Assembly (NCBI GenBank): GCA_963735595.1
Contig: CAVTLK010000004.1
Span: 384,001 to 448,000 of the forward strand
Origin: an uncultured delta proteobacterium
GTDB lineage: Bacteria > Desulfobacterota > Zymogenia > Zymogenales > Zymogenaceae
Direction of reading: 5' to 3'
DNA length: 64,000 nucleotides
In this document: piece by piece, positions 19,782-31,611 of the stretch
Layout: each line of letters opens with the position of its first letter
Position numbering within the stretch: the stretch's first letter is position 1
Notes under the pieces: model-generated
Database searches by the model: none
Told to the model about the DNA's origin: nothing
The model's input: only the letters and a program-made list of their open reading frames with translations
Position numbers and translations under genes: made by a program

Positions 19782-21059
19782 CTACCAGCGTTTCCGTCCC
19801 ATCGTCTTCCGATCCCGGTTTCTCTCCTGCTCGTGCCGCGGTCTCGCTTCCGTCTCCTCGCCCAGGTCGGATTCCTCGGCCACCCGATAGGGGAGTCTTT
19901 GGCCGATGAGCCGCTCAATCGGCTCCAGGTAATAGGCGTCGTCTTCGGAAGCCAGTGAGATCGCCACGCCGCTCTTGCCGGCCCGGGCGGTCCTGCCGAT
20001 ACGGTGGACGTAGTCTTCCGGGTTCTGGGGAAGGTCGTAGAGGATGACGCAGTCGACGTCCTCTATGTGAAGCCCGCGGGACGCCACGTCAGTACCGATG
20101 AGCGCGCGGATCTCCCCCTTCATAAAACGCTCGAGGATCTTGAGGCGCTTGCGCTGGGGTATGTCGCCCGAGAGCGCTTGCGCCGAGAAGCCGTTTCGGG
20201 TGAGCCGCTCCTTGATCATCGTGACGCCGCTCTTCGTGTTGGAAAAGATCAGGATTTTACTGCTGTCGATTTTACCGATGAGCCCCAGCAGCAGACGGAA
20301 CTTCTCCCGCTTGCCGACGTGATACAGCTGCTGCGTGACCTCCTCGACGGTGATGCTCTCCGGCGTGGCCGAGACCTCCACGGGGATCTTCATGAAATGG
20401 TAGGTGGCCTCAACGACCGAAAAGGTGATGGTGGCCGAAAAGAGGAGGGTCTGGCGCTCCGCAAGCGGCGGGAGCTTCTTGAGGACAAAGCGCAGATCCT
20501 TGATAAAACCCATGTCCAGCAGGCGGTCGGCCTCGTCGATGACCAGGAGCTCGATACCGGAGGTCTTGAGGATGCCCTGCTTCATGTAGTCGATAAGGCG
20601 GCCCGGCGTGCCGACGACGATATCAACGCCCTTCCTGAGGGTATCGGCCTGTTCGCGGTAATCGACGCCCCCGAAGATCGCAGTAGCGGTAATCCCGGTT
20701 CGGGCGCCCAGGTCGTGGGCCTCGCGCTCTATCTGAACCGCAAGCTCCCTGGTGGGGGCGATGATCAGCGCCCGCGGGAGGGTGCCGTTCGGCCTCGCAT
20801 TGGAGAGGAGGCGGTTAAAGATCGTGATGAGAAACGCCGCGGTCTTTCCCGTGCCGGTCTGGGCCTGGCCGATGAGGTCATAGCCGGAAAGGGTATAGGG
20901 GAGAGACTTCTTCTGGATCTCGGTCGGCGTGGTAAATCCCAGCTCACGAATTCCGGCACGGACGCGCTCGTCAAGCTTCATATCGTCAAACGAGTCGATC
21001 GGCGGAATATCCTGAACGGGGGGTATGTCGTAGTCGGGGGTAGTTTTTGTCTTGGGCAT
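19782..21059 (-). CDS. DEAD-box RNA helicase (RhlB-like)
   Basis: AQTGTGKT, PTRELA, TPGRL, DEAD, SAT, HRIGRTARAG. Confidence 0.93.
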   Translation of the reverse strand: MPKTKTTPDYDIPPVQDIPPIDSFDDMKLDERVRAGIRELGFTTPTEIQKKSLPYTLSGYDLIGQAQTGTGKTAAFLITIFNRLLSNARPNGTLPRALIIAPTRELAVQIEREAHDLGARTGITATAIFGGVDYREQADTLRKGVDIVVGTPGRLIDYMKQGILKTSGIELLVIDEADRLLDMGFIKDLRFVLKKLPPLAERQTLLFSATITFSVVEATYHFMKIPVEVSATPESITVEEVTQQLYHVGKREKFRLLLGLIGKIDSSKILIFSNTKSGVTMIKERLTRNGFSAQALSGDIPQRKRLKILERFMKGEIRALIGTDVASRGLHIEDVDCVILYDLPQNPEDYVHRIGRTARAGKSGVAISLASEDDAYYLEPIERLIGQRLPYRVAEESDLGEETEARPRHEQERNRDRKTMGRKRW

Positions 21060-21360
21060 GCCTGATCTATGGAATTAGTATCGTATATGCGAAATACCGG
21101 GTTTACTCTAATTGACACGTGCGACACGCGCCAAACTCAATGATCTAAATATACCACATACGCTAAAAAAAAACAAGACCGTTTTGATGATTACTTTGCA
21201 CGTGAGAATGATTACTATCTTGACAAAATGGGCACGGCAGGGAGACAATATAACCATAGCGATAAACAACAGTATTCGGACACCATGATAGTGTAATTGA
21301 CGTTATTAGATGGTTTTACAACGGGAACCTGCTTCATATGGTACCGTAGGAGTAAAAGAA

Positions 21361-21951
21361 ATGGCATCCGAGGAACGGATGGCGACGAACATGGCGATAC
21401 GGGCGGCTATTGTCGCCATCGAAGAGATCATGGGTAAGAACGCGACCAAGATCGTCTTCGACAAGGCGAATAAGACCGCTCTGTTTCTAAACCCGCCGGA
21501 TTATAACTTCGAGCCGTGCATAAAGGTTAGCGAGCAGGCCACGATTTACCGATCAATCATAGACTTGATGGGCTACAAGGGGGGGACCGTGTTGTGGAGA
21601 AGGATCGGCTATTTTGTCATGAAATATCCCGTGGAGATGGGGCACATTTTCGACAGTTTCGCCTCCCTTCCGCCCATGGAAAAATTCAATAAGGGGATGG
21701 AGGTCTTCGCTATGGCGTCGGGAAAAGGGAAACTGGTGACCGGATCCGAGAGTATGGCGGAGTTTGACTGCTTCGACTGCTTTTCGTGCGAGGGGTATAC
21801 GTACACGCGGCCTGTATGCGCCCACTTCGAGGGAGTTATCCAATACATTTCGGACTGGGCGTTCGGCAAGAACACGTACCTCGCCCGGGAGACGCTCTGC
21901 ATGGCAAAAGGCGACAAGACCTGCTATGTGAAGCTTGTTAAAAAGGATTAG
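21361..21951 (+). CDS. Stand-alone V4R domain protein, paralog 2
   Basis: TNMAIR...AIEEIMG, NPPDY, DCFSC...PVC...ETLC.AKGD.TC; ATG 21361 after AGGAG. Confidence 0.8.
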   Translation: MASEERMATNMAIRAAIVAIEEIMGKNATKIVFDKANKTALFLNPPDYNFEPCIKVSEQATIYRSIIDLMGYKGGTVLWRRIGYFVMKYPVEMGHIFDSFASLPPMEKFNKGMEVFAMASGKGKLVTGSESMAEFDCFDCFSCEGYTYTRPVCAHFEGVIQYISDWAFGKNTYLARETLCMAKGDKTCYVKLVKKD

Positions 21952-22290
21952 CGAATCTGCAAAGGAAGGGGGGTAGCATCTATGGGTCCCATGGCAAATC
22001 TAAGACGGTGCGCCCCCTTTCCTATCTAATAGATGACTTTGCGACGGTCGCAGCAGCTCCATACGTACGTCAAGGTTTCCCGCAGTACTATATCCGACCC
22101 GCGTGTCTACCGCTTCCCTCTCATCCCTTTAATATATGACCGGTTTATCGGGGACCGGGGGTGAGGCACGTGCCTTACTACGGTTGAAGTAATCGCCTTT
22201 CCAATTCATACGCTTCCTGTAACCCATACCGCAATAAATTATAACGCATACACGGTTATATACCACACACCCGGTAATTTAACTTATCCC

Positions 22291-22319
22291 TTGCCACCCC
22301 TTGAGTTTCCTTCTATAAT
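22291..22319 (+). promoter_or_regulatory. Sigma70 promoter for rarA
   Basis: TTGCCA-17 nt-TATAAT, ending 14 nt before the ATG. Confidence 0.65.
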
Positions 22320-22333
22320 GTAAAACAATAGAT

Positions 22334-23686
22334 ATGGACATCTTCGACCATAGCGATAAGAAGCGTAAACAGGCCCGCGCGCCGCTGGCCGACCGGATGC
22401 GGCCCCGGTCCCTCGAAGAATTCATGGGACAGGCCGAGATCCTCGGGCCGGGTACGCTCCTGCGCACCTCCATCGAGCGGGACGAGATCGTCTCCATGAT
22501 CTTCTGGGGGCCGCCGGGCTCCGGCAAGACGACGCTGGCCCGTATCATCGCCGAGCGCTCCCAGGCCGCCTTCGTCGCCTTTTCGGCTGTTACCTCGGGC
22601 ATCAAGGAGGTCCGGGAGGTCATCGAAAAGGCCGGCAGCGACCTGAAATATTACGGCAAGAAGACGATCCTCTTTATCGACGAGATCCACCGCTTCAACA
22701 AGGCCCAGCAGGATGTCTTTTTGCCCTTCGTGGAGGACGGCACCATCGTCCTGATCGGGGCGACCACCGAAAACCCCTCGTTTGAGGTCAATTCGGCGTT
22801 GCTGTCCCGTACGCGGGTCTACGTCTTCGGCCAGCTCACCGACGAGGACCTTGCCGCCATTATCCGGCGGGCTATTGCCGATACAGACCGCGGCCTGGGG
22901 GGGCTTGCGCTTGCCGTAGATGAGGACGCGCTCGGCCATCTGGCCTCCCAATCCCACGGGGATGCCCGGATTGCGCTCTCGGGCCTCGAGGTCGCCGTTG
23001 CCAATACTCCCCCCGGCCCGGACGGCACGGTTCGCGTGACGCTCGCGGTGGCCGAGGAGGCGATGCAGCGGCACGCACTGATGTACGATAAAGGCGGCGA
23101 GGAGCACTACAATATCATCTCGGCCCTGCACAAGTCCGTCAGGGATTCCGACCCGGACGCGGCGCTCTACTGGCTTTCGCGGATGCTCAAGGGGGGGGAG
23201 GACCCGCTCTATATCGCCCGTCGGCTCATCCGAATGGCGATCGAGGACGTGGGGCTTGCCGATCCGCAGGCGCTTACGGTAGCGGTGGCCGCCAAGGAAG
23301 CCTACCACTTCATCGGTTACCCCGAGGGGGAGCTGGCCCTGGCCGAGGTTGCGGTCTATCTGGCGTGCGCCCCCAAGAGTAACGCCGTCTACGCTGCGTT
23401 TGGGGAGGTGGAGCGGGATATCAAAAAGTACGGTGCGCTGCCGGTGCCGCTGGTCATCCGAAACGCGCCCACGCGCCTGATGAAGGAGATCGGTTACGGT
23501 AAGGGGTACAAGTATGCCCACAGCTACGCGGATGCCGTGGTCGATCAACCGCGCCTCCCCGAGAAGCTCGCGGGGAGGGCCTACTACCGCCCGACGGATC
23601 GGGGATTCGAGGAAGAGATCAAACGCCGGCTTTCGGCGCGGCGGGCAAAACTTGAACGGAAACTGAAGGTAAAAGATACGCCATAA
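22334..23686 (+). CDS. rarA: Replication-associated recombination protein A (MgsA)
   Basis: [48 protein letters not shown]. Confidence 0.96.
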   Translation: MDIFDHSDKKRKQARAPLADRMRPRSLEEFMGQAEILGPGTLLRTSIERDEIVSMIFWGPPGSGKTTLARIIAERSQAAFVAFSAVTSGIKEVREVIEKAGSDLKYYGKKTILFIDEIHRFNKAQQDVFLPFVEDGTIVLIGATTENPSFEVNSALLSRTRVYVFGQLTDEDLAAIIRRAIADTDRGLGGLALAVDEDALGHLASQSHGDARIALSGLEVAVANTPPGPDGTVRVTLAVAEEAMQRHALMYDKGGEEHYNIISALHKSVRDSDPDAALYWLSRMLKGGEDPLYIARRLIRMAIEDVGLADPQALTVAVAAKEAYHFIGYPEGELALAEVAVYLACAPKSNAVYAAFGEVERDIKKYGALPVPLVIRNAPTRLMKEIGYGKGYKYAHSYADAVVDQPRLPEKLAGRAYYRPTDRGFEEEIKRRLSARRAKLERKLKVKDTP

Positions 23687-23704
23687 ACTAACGAGGAGAT
23701 CGTA

Positions 23705-24313
23705 ATGCAGATGAGAAGATGTGTCGCTGTGGTCGTTGCGATGCTTTGTCGCTGGTGTTTCGCCGCCGGGGTATCGGCCGCGCCCCTGACGGTGCAGGAT
23801 AAGGAGCAGCTCAAGTGGCTCTTCGGGATGATGGAGACCTCCATCAACCAGGGCGACGCCCAGGGGATCATCAATCTCTTTTCTCCAAACATGCCCCAGG
23901 ACCGGCGCACGGCGCTGTCCAACGATATATACGCAAGGATCGCGGGCGGCGGGATCAAGGTCTCGTTTTTCCCGAACCTCTCCGACGAAAGTATCAAAGA
24001 GATCTCTCCCGGGGTCCTGTATGAAGTGAGCGGGTCGTTCAAGGCCGAGGGGCCGCAGTGGAACGTATCGGGCCTTTCGGCGACGTTCACGGTTGAGCGG
24101 GTGGGGTACTACTTTTATATCTACGATACCAACATGCTCGAGAAGATGGGACCGGAGGCGGTCTTTAAGACAGTAGGGCTCGTATTCCTCATTATCGGGG
24201 CGATCTTCCTGGTGGGCATCGTCGGAGTGATCATCATTGTCGTCCTGATTATCAGAAGCCAGAAAAAGAAGAAGGCGGTAGTTAGTTCCGGCGAGGGACC
24301 GGGTACCGTATAG
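23705..24313 (+). CDS. Exported, C-terminally membrane-anchored hypothetical protein (possibly NTF2-like)
   Basis: Signal peptide, alpha/beta domain, long hydrophobic C-terminal helix followed by KKKK. Confidence 0.6.
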   Translation: MQMRRCVAVVVAMLCRWCFAAGVSAAPLTVQDKEQLKWLFGMMETSINQGDAQGIINLFSPNMPQDRRTALSNDIYARIAGGGIKVSFFPNLSDESIKEISPGVLYEVSGSFKAEGPQWNVSGLSATFTVERVGYYFYIYDTNMLEKMGPEAVFKTVGLVFLIIGAIFLVGIVGVIIIVVLIIRSQKKKKAVVSSGEGPGTV

Positions 24314-24659
24314 GCGCCTGAGAAAACAAAACGGCGGGGGATCTTCCGGATATACGGCGTATCGTCGATCGGAAAAGGTAATCCACCGGTATAGTACGAG
24401 AGACCGGGCGCGCCCTACGCGGCGCGCCCTTAACGTGCCGGGGCTTGCGGCCTGCTTCCGGTCTCTTTCCCTGCGGCCACAGCCCGGAACTACGCGCCCG
24501 GCCGGAGAAAACGCATACGAACATTTTTAGGTTGCCTTTCGGCGACCTATCGTAGTAGTATCATTCGATAGAAATGTGCTCTTGCGTCGAATACGCCGCA
24601 CGAGAGATACTTCGCGCATACACCGAAAGGAGACGGCTATAAGCGGCAACGTACTACAT

Positions 24660-26324
24660 ATGATCTTCGGCATCATGGGAGGCCTGGGCCTCTTTTTCTT
24701 CGGAATCCGCACCATGGGCGACGGCCTCCAGAAGTATGCCGGGGACCGGCTCAGGAACTTCCTCAAGAGCATCACGAAGAACCGCTTCGTCGGTATGGTC
24801 ACGGGGCTAATCGTCACCGCGATCATACAGTCCAGCAGCGCCACCACCGTCATGACGGTGAGCCTGGTAAACGCCGGCCTCATTACGCTGGTACAGGCAA
24901 TCGGCGTGATTTTCGGCGCCAATATCGGCACCACCATGACCGCCCAGCTCATCGCCTTCCGCGTCCAGGACTACGCGCTGCCGATACTGGGCATCGGGGT
25001 CATCCTCTATCTCTTCTTCAAGAAAGAGAAGGTCGTCTATTTCGGCCAGGTACTCATGGGGTTCGGGATGCTCTTCTTCGGACTCCTCATCATGTCGGAC
25101 GCCTTTATCTTCTTGAGAGAATCCCCGAAGGTCCTCGACCTCTTCGCGAGCCTAGACGGGTTTCCCCTGATGGCGGTCATCATCGGGACGGTCTTTACGA
25201 TGATCATGCAGAGCTCATCGGTTACCGTCGGCATCACCATGGCCCTGGCGACCACGGGCCTCATCTCGTTTCCGACCAGCGTTGCGATCATCCTCGGGGA
25301 TAATATCGGTACTACCATCACCGCGCAGCTTGCGTCACTCGGGACCAACATCAGCGCGAGGAGAACGGCCTGGGCGCATACGATGTTTAACGTCATCGGC
25401 GTCTGCTATATCTTTCCGCTTCTTCCTTATTACGTGAAGGTCATCAATATGATCACTCCGGGAGATGTGGGATTCATCATCACGACCGCGGCCGAGGCCG
25501 CCCGCTTCCACATGAACATCGGAGATGCCCCCTATGTCGCCCGACACATCGCCAATGCGCACTCGGTTTTTAATATTATCAACGTTATTATATTCCTGCC
25601 TCTGATCGGCGGCCTGGCCAAGGTCGTCAGCTGGATCGTCCCGGGGAAAGTGGAGACCGAAGACGAGTTTCGCCTCGTCTACATCAAGGGACAGATGATC
25701 TCACCGGTTATCGCGGTGGAGGAGGCGCGGAACGAGGCGGTCCGGATGGCGCGCTTCACGCTGGATATGCTCGACGAGGACATGCGGGCGCTCCTCAATA
25801 ATGATACTAAAACGCTCGAAAACGTCAGGCGGCTCGAGGGACGGGTGGACGTGATGCAGAAGGATATCACCGCCTACTGCGTTCAGATATCACAGGAATC
25901 GATCACTCCCGAGGTTTCCAAGAATATCACCTCCCTCATCAACATGGTCAACAACCTCGAGCGGATCGGGGATCACTGCGAAAACCTGAGCGAGCTTATC
26001 GAAAAGAAGAAAAACGGCAAGTATACTTTCTCCGAAGAGGCCCTGGATGGGATACGGGACATCTACCATGAGACACGGCACTTCATGGAGTTCGTGATCC
26101 AGGGCATGGTACAGCAGGAAACCGGCATTAAGCCGGAGGCGGACCGGTACGAAAAACGGATCAACTACCTCGAGGATACCCTGCGCCAGGCGCACATCGA
26201 CCGGCTGAACGCGGGGACCTGCAGCGTTGAAACGGGCCTCATCTTCATTGACATGCTGACCAATTTCGAAAAGATCGGTGACCACGTCTTCAACGTCGCC
26301 GAGGCCGTCGTCGGGATCAAGTAG
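24660..26324 (+). CDS. Na/Pi cotransporter family protein with PhoU-like C-terminus
   Basis: GGLGLFFFG, two QSSS motifs, GANIGTT/GDNIGTT, ERIGDH/EKIGDH; the start may instead be ATA 24639. Confidence 0.92.
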   Translation: MIFGIMGGLGLFFFGIRTMGDGLQKYAGDRLRNFLKSITKNRFVGMVTGLIVTAIIQSSSATTVMTVSLVNAGLITLVQAIGVIFGANIGTTMTAQLIAFRVQDYALPILGIGVILYLFFKKEKVVYFGQVLMGFGMLFFGLLIMSDAFIFLRESPKVLDLFASLDGFPLMAVIIGTVFTMIMQSSSVTVGITMALATTGLISFPTSVAIILGDNIGTTITAQLASLGTNISARRTAWAHTMFNVIGVCYIFPLLPYYVKVINMITPGDVGFIITTAAEAARFHMNIGDAPYVARHIANAHSVFNIINVIIFLPLIGGLAKVVSWIVPGKVETEDEFRLVYIKGQMISPVIAVEEARNEAVRMARFTLDMLDEDMRALLNNDTKTLENVRRLEGRVDVMQKDITAYCVQISQESITPEVSKNITSLINMVNNLERIGDHCENLSELIEKKKNGKYTFSEEALDGIRDIYHETRHFMEFVIQGMVQQETGIKPEADRYEKRINYLEDTLRQAHIDRLNAGTCSVETGLIFIDMLTNFEKIGDHVFNVAEAVVGIK

Positions 26325-26369
26325 CGCCAAGCCTTACAGGCTTATACTGCTGATTCCATACGGAGTACG

Positions 26370-26406
26370 AAAAAAAGCGGCCCGTTCGCATGAAAGGGCC
26401 GCTTTC
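26370..26406. terminator. Bidirectional terminator
   Basis: AAAGCGGCCC...GGGCCGCTTT hairpin between the convergent transporter and tRNA-Asp. Confidence 0.7.
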
Positions 26407-26412
26407 GTATTC

Positions 26413-26489
<77 letters not shown>

Positions 26490-26589
26490 GATTCTGACTC
26501 TTCCCAACGGCTTGCGGCTTGCGTACGGACCCGGTCACGTCACTGCCAATTCTTCCCGGTTTTTCCACCAGTAACCGTGCACAAGTAAT

Positions 26590-26665
26590 TGGTAGGCGGA
26601 ACAGGGTTTGAACCTGTGACCCCCGGCTTGTAAGGCCGGTGCTCTCCCAACTGAGCTACCCGCCC
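26590..26665 (-). tRNA. tRNA-Val(TAC)
   Basis: GGGCGGGTAGCTCAG...CCTTACAAG...TTCAAA...ACCA. Confidence 0.96.
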
Positions 26666-26919
26666 CTGGGCCCTGCCGTAAGACTTACAATACTCTCATG
26701 ACCCGGCTTTGTTGTCAAGAAAAAATCTGACCGCGCGCCAAAAAGGAAAACGGATTATCCGACGCCGCTCTATTACTATGGCCCTACGGCCTAACAGCCC
26801 TATGGTGCCATGGGGGCCGCTTTACCCCGCAGCTGCAAAACCAATCGGGACATCCTTGATAAAGGATGCCCCGATTGTGAATAGTAGGCAAGCCAAAGGT
26901 GCCGGCCGTTTCCGACTTC

Positions 26920-29373
26920 CTAATGCGCCGCGACGCGCTCCTCCGGAGACGGCTCCACTTCCTTGGTGAACTCCCGCTCCTTCTCTTCCCTGTTCTTCCT
27001 GAAGAACTCGTCCGCATCGTCCAAAACGAGGGCCCTTCTGAGCACCTGGTCCATATGATCGGCAAAGACGATCTTGAGGGATTTCTTGATCCGATCGGGA
27101 ACGTCTTCGAGGTCTTTCTGGTTTTCCATCGGGATGATGACTTCCTTGATGCCGCCGCGGTTTGCCGCAAGGAGCTTTTCCTTGAGGCCGCCGATGGGAA
27201 GGACCCGCCCCCTCAGGGTGATCTCCCCGGTCATGGAGAGGTCGCGCCTGACCTTTATCTTGGTGAGGGCCGATGCGATGGCGCTTGCCATCGTAATGCC
27301 GGCCGACGGGCCGTCTTTCGGGATGGCGCCCTCAGGCACGTGGATGTGCAGGTCGATATTCTGGTAGAAGTCGCGTTCCAATCCCAGCTCATCGGCACGG
27401 CTGCGAACGTAGCTCATGGCCGCCTGTGCGCTCTCCTGCATGACCTCGCCGAGCTTGCCGGTGATAGTCAGTTTGCCCTTTCCGGGGACGACGCTCACCT
27501 CGATCGTCAGGAGCTCCCCGCCGACCTCCGTCCAGGCCATACCGGTGGCGATACCGACGGTATCCTCTTCCTCGAGCTTGCCGTAGCGGAAGCGGGGAAT
27601 TCCGAGGTATTTCTTAACCTTGGCGGGACTGATCAATACCGAGTAACTCGGGGCCGTACTTGACCACCTCTTTGGCCACCTTGCGGCAAATGGAGCCGAT
27701 CTCGCGCTCCAGGCTGCGCACGCCCGATTCCCGGGTGTAATTTCGGATGACTACCAGCATCGCGCTGTCGGTAAAAGAAATGTTATTGTCCTTCAGGCCG
27801 TTTTCGGCAGCCTGCTTCTTGACCAGAAACTGCTGGGCGATATGGAGTTTTTCGATCTCCGTGTAGCTGTCGATCTGGATAATCTCCATCCTATCCTGCA
27901 ACGGCTCTGGGAATATTGTGCAGGAGGTTTGCCGTCGTAATGAACATCACCTTGGAAAGGTCATAGTCCAGGTCCAGGTAGTGGTCGTTAAACGTGTTGT
28001 TCTGCTCCGGGTCCAGCACCTCGAGCAGGGCCGCCGACGGATCGCCGCGGAAATCGGTGCTCATCTTGTCCACCTCGTCCATGAGGTAGACGGGGTTGGA
28101 CGATTTTGACTTCTTCAGGTACTGGATGATCTTGCCGGGCAGCGCGCCGATATAGGTGCGCCGGTGTCCCCTGATCTCGGCCTCGTCCCTGACGCCGCCA
28201 AGCGAAAGCCTGACGAAGTTGCGTCCGGCGGCGCGAGCGATCGATTTACCCAGCGAGGTCTTCCCGACGCCCGGAGGGCCGACGAAGCAGAGGATAGGGC
28301 CCTTCATGTCCTGCTTGAGGTGCTTGACCGCCAGGTATTCGAGGATCCGTTCCTTGGGTTTCTTGAGGCCGTAGTGATCCTCTTCGAGGATGCGGGCGGC
28401 CTCGTCGATATCCAGCTTATCCTCGGTGTACTCTTCCCAGGGCAGCGCCAGTATCCAGTCGAGGTAGTTTCTGATGACGGTGGCCTCCGCGCTCATCGGA
28501 GACATCATCTTGAGTTTTTTGAGTTCCTTGTCGGCGCGGTCCCGCGCCTCGTCGGATAATTTTTTCTTCTTGATCTTATCCTCGAGTTCCTTGATCTCGG
28601 TTTTGAACTCGTCTTTTTCTCCAAGCTCCTTCTGGATGGCCCGCATCTGCTCGTTGAGATAGTATTCTTTCTGGGTGCGCTCCATCTGCTTTTTGACGCG
28701 GTTCTTGATCCGACGCTCGATCTGGAGGATCTCGATTTCGCTCTGCATGAAGGAAAGCACTTTTTCCAGGCGCTCGGCCGGTTTTTCGAGTTCGAGCACC
28801 GACTGCTTCTCGTCGAGCTTAAGGTTGAGGTGCGTGATGATCGTATCGGCCAGACGCGACGGCTCGTTGATCGACGCCACAGACAGGATCATCTCGGGCG
28901 GGATCTTACGGTTGAGCTTGGCATACGTCTCAAAGGTGCTGTTGATAGATCGTACGAGCGCCTCGATCTCGGGCGTTATGTCGTTATCTTCGACGATAAT
29001 CTCGGTGTCAACCAGGAAATATTCCTCGTTCGGCACGAACCGCCGAATGCGCGCCCGCTGCTTTCCCTCGACGAGGACCTTGACGGTTCCGTCGGGCAGC
29101 CGCAAGAGCTGGATGATGATCCCCACCGTGCCGATCGAGTAGATCTGGTCGGGAGCGGGATCGTCCATCTTGGCGTTATGCTGGGCTGAAAGCAGGACAT
29201 TCTTGTCGGCGGCCATCGCCGACTCCAGCGCGTTGATTGATTTCTTTCCTGCCCACAAAAAGTGGGACAACCATATGGGGAAAGATGATGATGTCCCGAA
29301 GCGGCAACAGGGGGATCAGGTTCTCGTCCTGCGCGCTATGGGTAGGATCATCCTTTTCGTTCTTGAAAAACAT
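26920..29373 (-). CDS. lon: Lon protease, frameshifted in this sequence
   Basis: [32 protein letters not shown] and PKDGPSAG over four ORF pieces; indels near 29250, 27905 and 27640. Confidence 0.93.
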
Positions 29374-29412
29374 CGTAGGTGTTCTCCTCGTATTCAGTTA
29401 AAATCGACGATA

Positions 29413-30660
29413 TTAGGCCGATTTTTCGTAGAGTATGATCGGGTTCTCCTTTTTCAGTACGACCCCTTCATTGATGATGCATTCCTTGATGTTCTTCTGT
29501 GAGGGGATCTCGTACATCAGGTCGAGCATTATATTCTCCATAATGGAGCGAAGCCCGCGCGCTCCCGATCCCCGCTCGATGGCAAGCTTGGAGATGGACG
29601 ACAGCGCGCCGTCGGTAAAGCGGAGCTTGACCTTCTCGAAATCGAACAGCTTCTGATACTGCTTGACGAGGGCGTTTTTCGGCAGTGTCAGGATCTTTAT
29701 AAGCGCCTCCTCCGAGAGGTCGGTCAGCGAGGCGATAACCGGAAGCCTTCCCACGAATTCGGGGATGAGGCCGTATTTTATCAGGTCCTGGGGCTGAACC
29801 TGGGTCAGGGTCGCCCCGATATCCATTTCCTTCTTCTTCTTGATATCGGCGCCGAACCCGAGGGTCTTGGAGTGGAGCCGCCGCTCGACGATCTTTTCCA
29901 GGCCCGTAAAGGCGCCGCCGCATATAAAGAGGATATTTGTGGTGTCGACCGGGAGGAACTCCTGCTGGGGGTGCTTTCTGCCGCCCTTGGGCGGTACGTT
30001 GGCGATCGTCCCCTCGATTATCTTGAGGAGGGCCTGCTGGACCCCCTCTCCGGATACGTCCCTGGTGATGGAAGGATTTTCGCTCTTGCGCGAGATCTTA
30101 TCCACCTCGTCGATATAGACGATGCCCCGTGAGGCCTTCTCGATATCGTAGTCGGAGGCCTGCAGGAGGTTGAGGATGATGTTTTCCACGTCCTCGCCCA
30201 CGTAGCCGGCCTCGGTGAGGCTCGTGGCGTCGGCGATGGTAAAGGGAACTTTCAGAAACTTCGCCAGCGTCTGGGCCAGCAGGGTCTTACCCGACCCGGT
30301 GGGGCCCAGCAGCAGGATATTGCTCTTCTGGAGCTCGATATCGCCGGTCTTGGTATCGCAGTCGATGCGCTTGTAATGGTTGTGGACAGCCACCGAGAGG
30401 ATCTTCTTGGCCCATTCCTGGCCGACGACGTATTCGTCGAGAAATTGCTTTATCTCCACCGGCTTGGGTATTTCCGAGCGCGTGCGGGAAAGCTCCTCGC
30501 GTTCGTATTCTTCGGCGATAATGTCGTTGCAGAGCTCAACGCATTCGTCGCAGATAAAGCTCGTCGGTCCGGCGATCAGCTTTTTGACGTCTTTCTGGTT
30601 CTTGCCGCAGAACGAGCAGAACATCCCCCGTTCTTTGTCTTTATCTCTGAAATCATCCAT
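29413..30660 (-). CDS. clpX: ATP-dependent Clp protease ATP-binding subunit
   Basis: CSFCGK zinc finger, [29 protein letters not shown] loop. Confidence 0.97.
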   Translation of the reverse strand: MDDFRDKDKERGMFCSFCGKNQKDVKKLIAGPTSFICDECVELCNDIIAEEYEREELSRTRSEIPKPVEIKQFLDEYVVGQEWAKKILSVAVHNHYKRIDCDTKTGDIELQKSNILLLGPTGSGKTLLAQTLAKFLKVPFTIADATSLTEAGYVGEDVENIILNLLQASDYDIEKASRGIVYIDEVDKISRKSENPSITRDVSGEGVQQALLKIIEGTIANVPPKGGRKHPQQEFLPVDTTNILFICGGAFTGLEKIVERRLHSKTLGFGADIKKKKEMDIGATLTQVQPQDLIKYGLIPEFVGRLPVIASLTDLSEEALIKILTLPKNALVKQYQKLFDFEKVKLRFTDGALSSISKLAIERGSGARGLRSIMENIMLDLMYEIPSQKNIKECIINEGVVLKKENPIILYEKSA

Positions 30661-30751
30661 ACGTGTACCCTTGTTGGTATACTATGCCGTTATAGATGCC
30701 GCCGGACGGCCGCGACGGCGGACGCTCCCGCTCCAGCGAGGTTACCGACCG

Positions 30752-31337
30752 TTATTTTCTCTTTGACATGATTTCGTCGACCAGGCCGTATTCCTTTGCC
30801 TGATCTCCCGTCATGAAAAAGTCTCGATCCGAGTCGGCGGTTACTCGTTCGATGGGCTGCCCCGTGTGCCTGGAGAGTGATCTGGTTCAGCTCTTCCTTG
30901 ACCCGAAGGATCTCCCGGGCGTGGATGTCTATATCGGACGCCTGTCCCTCAAAACCCCCCATGACCTGGTGCACAAGAATCCGCGCGTGGGGCAGAGAAT
31001 AGCGCTTCCCATTGGCGCCGGCCGTCAGCAGGACAGCCCCCATGGAAGCGGCCTGGCCGATGCAGATTGTCGAGACGGCCGGTTTGATATACTGCATGGT
31101 GTCGTATATCGCGAGACCCGCCGTCACAATGCCGCCCGGCGAATTTATATAGAAGCTGATGTCCTTATCGGGGTCCTCGGCCTCAAGAAAAAGCATCTGG
31201 GCGATGATGACGTTTGCCACATCATCGGAAATGGGCGTTCCTAAGAAGATCACCCGGTCCTTGAGGAGCCTCGAATAGATATCGAACGCGCGTTCTCCGC
31301 GGCCGTCCTGCTCAACGACGATTGGGATGAGCGCCAT
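30752..31337 (-). CDS. clpP: ClpP protease subunit with one frameshift near 30880
   Basis: DIYSRLL, YINSPGG, QAASMG, ILVHQ; the C-terminal [18 protein letters not shown] is in another frame with its stop at 30752. Confidence 0.93.
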
Positions 31338-31611
31338 TGGGTTATCCCTCGCATTTACTGTTAAGGGGGTTGGCCATCGGGCGTCTGCCGCCTTTGATAA
31401 ACCGTGCCCCCTTATTGTATAAGATAGTGCTCTCTATCGGCTTCGTCAAGCCGCGGGCGTCATTTTTCGCCCGTGTCGGCCCTTTAGCGCGGCCTATTTA
31501 GTATTAGACTCAGGCGGTCACTTATCTCCGTTTTCCCGATATTCGTACTATTTCAGATCAGAACCGGCTCAACCCGCCCTGCGGCAGCGTACCGGCGATC
31601 AGGGCGCGTTC

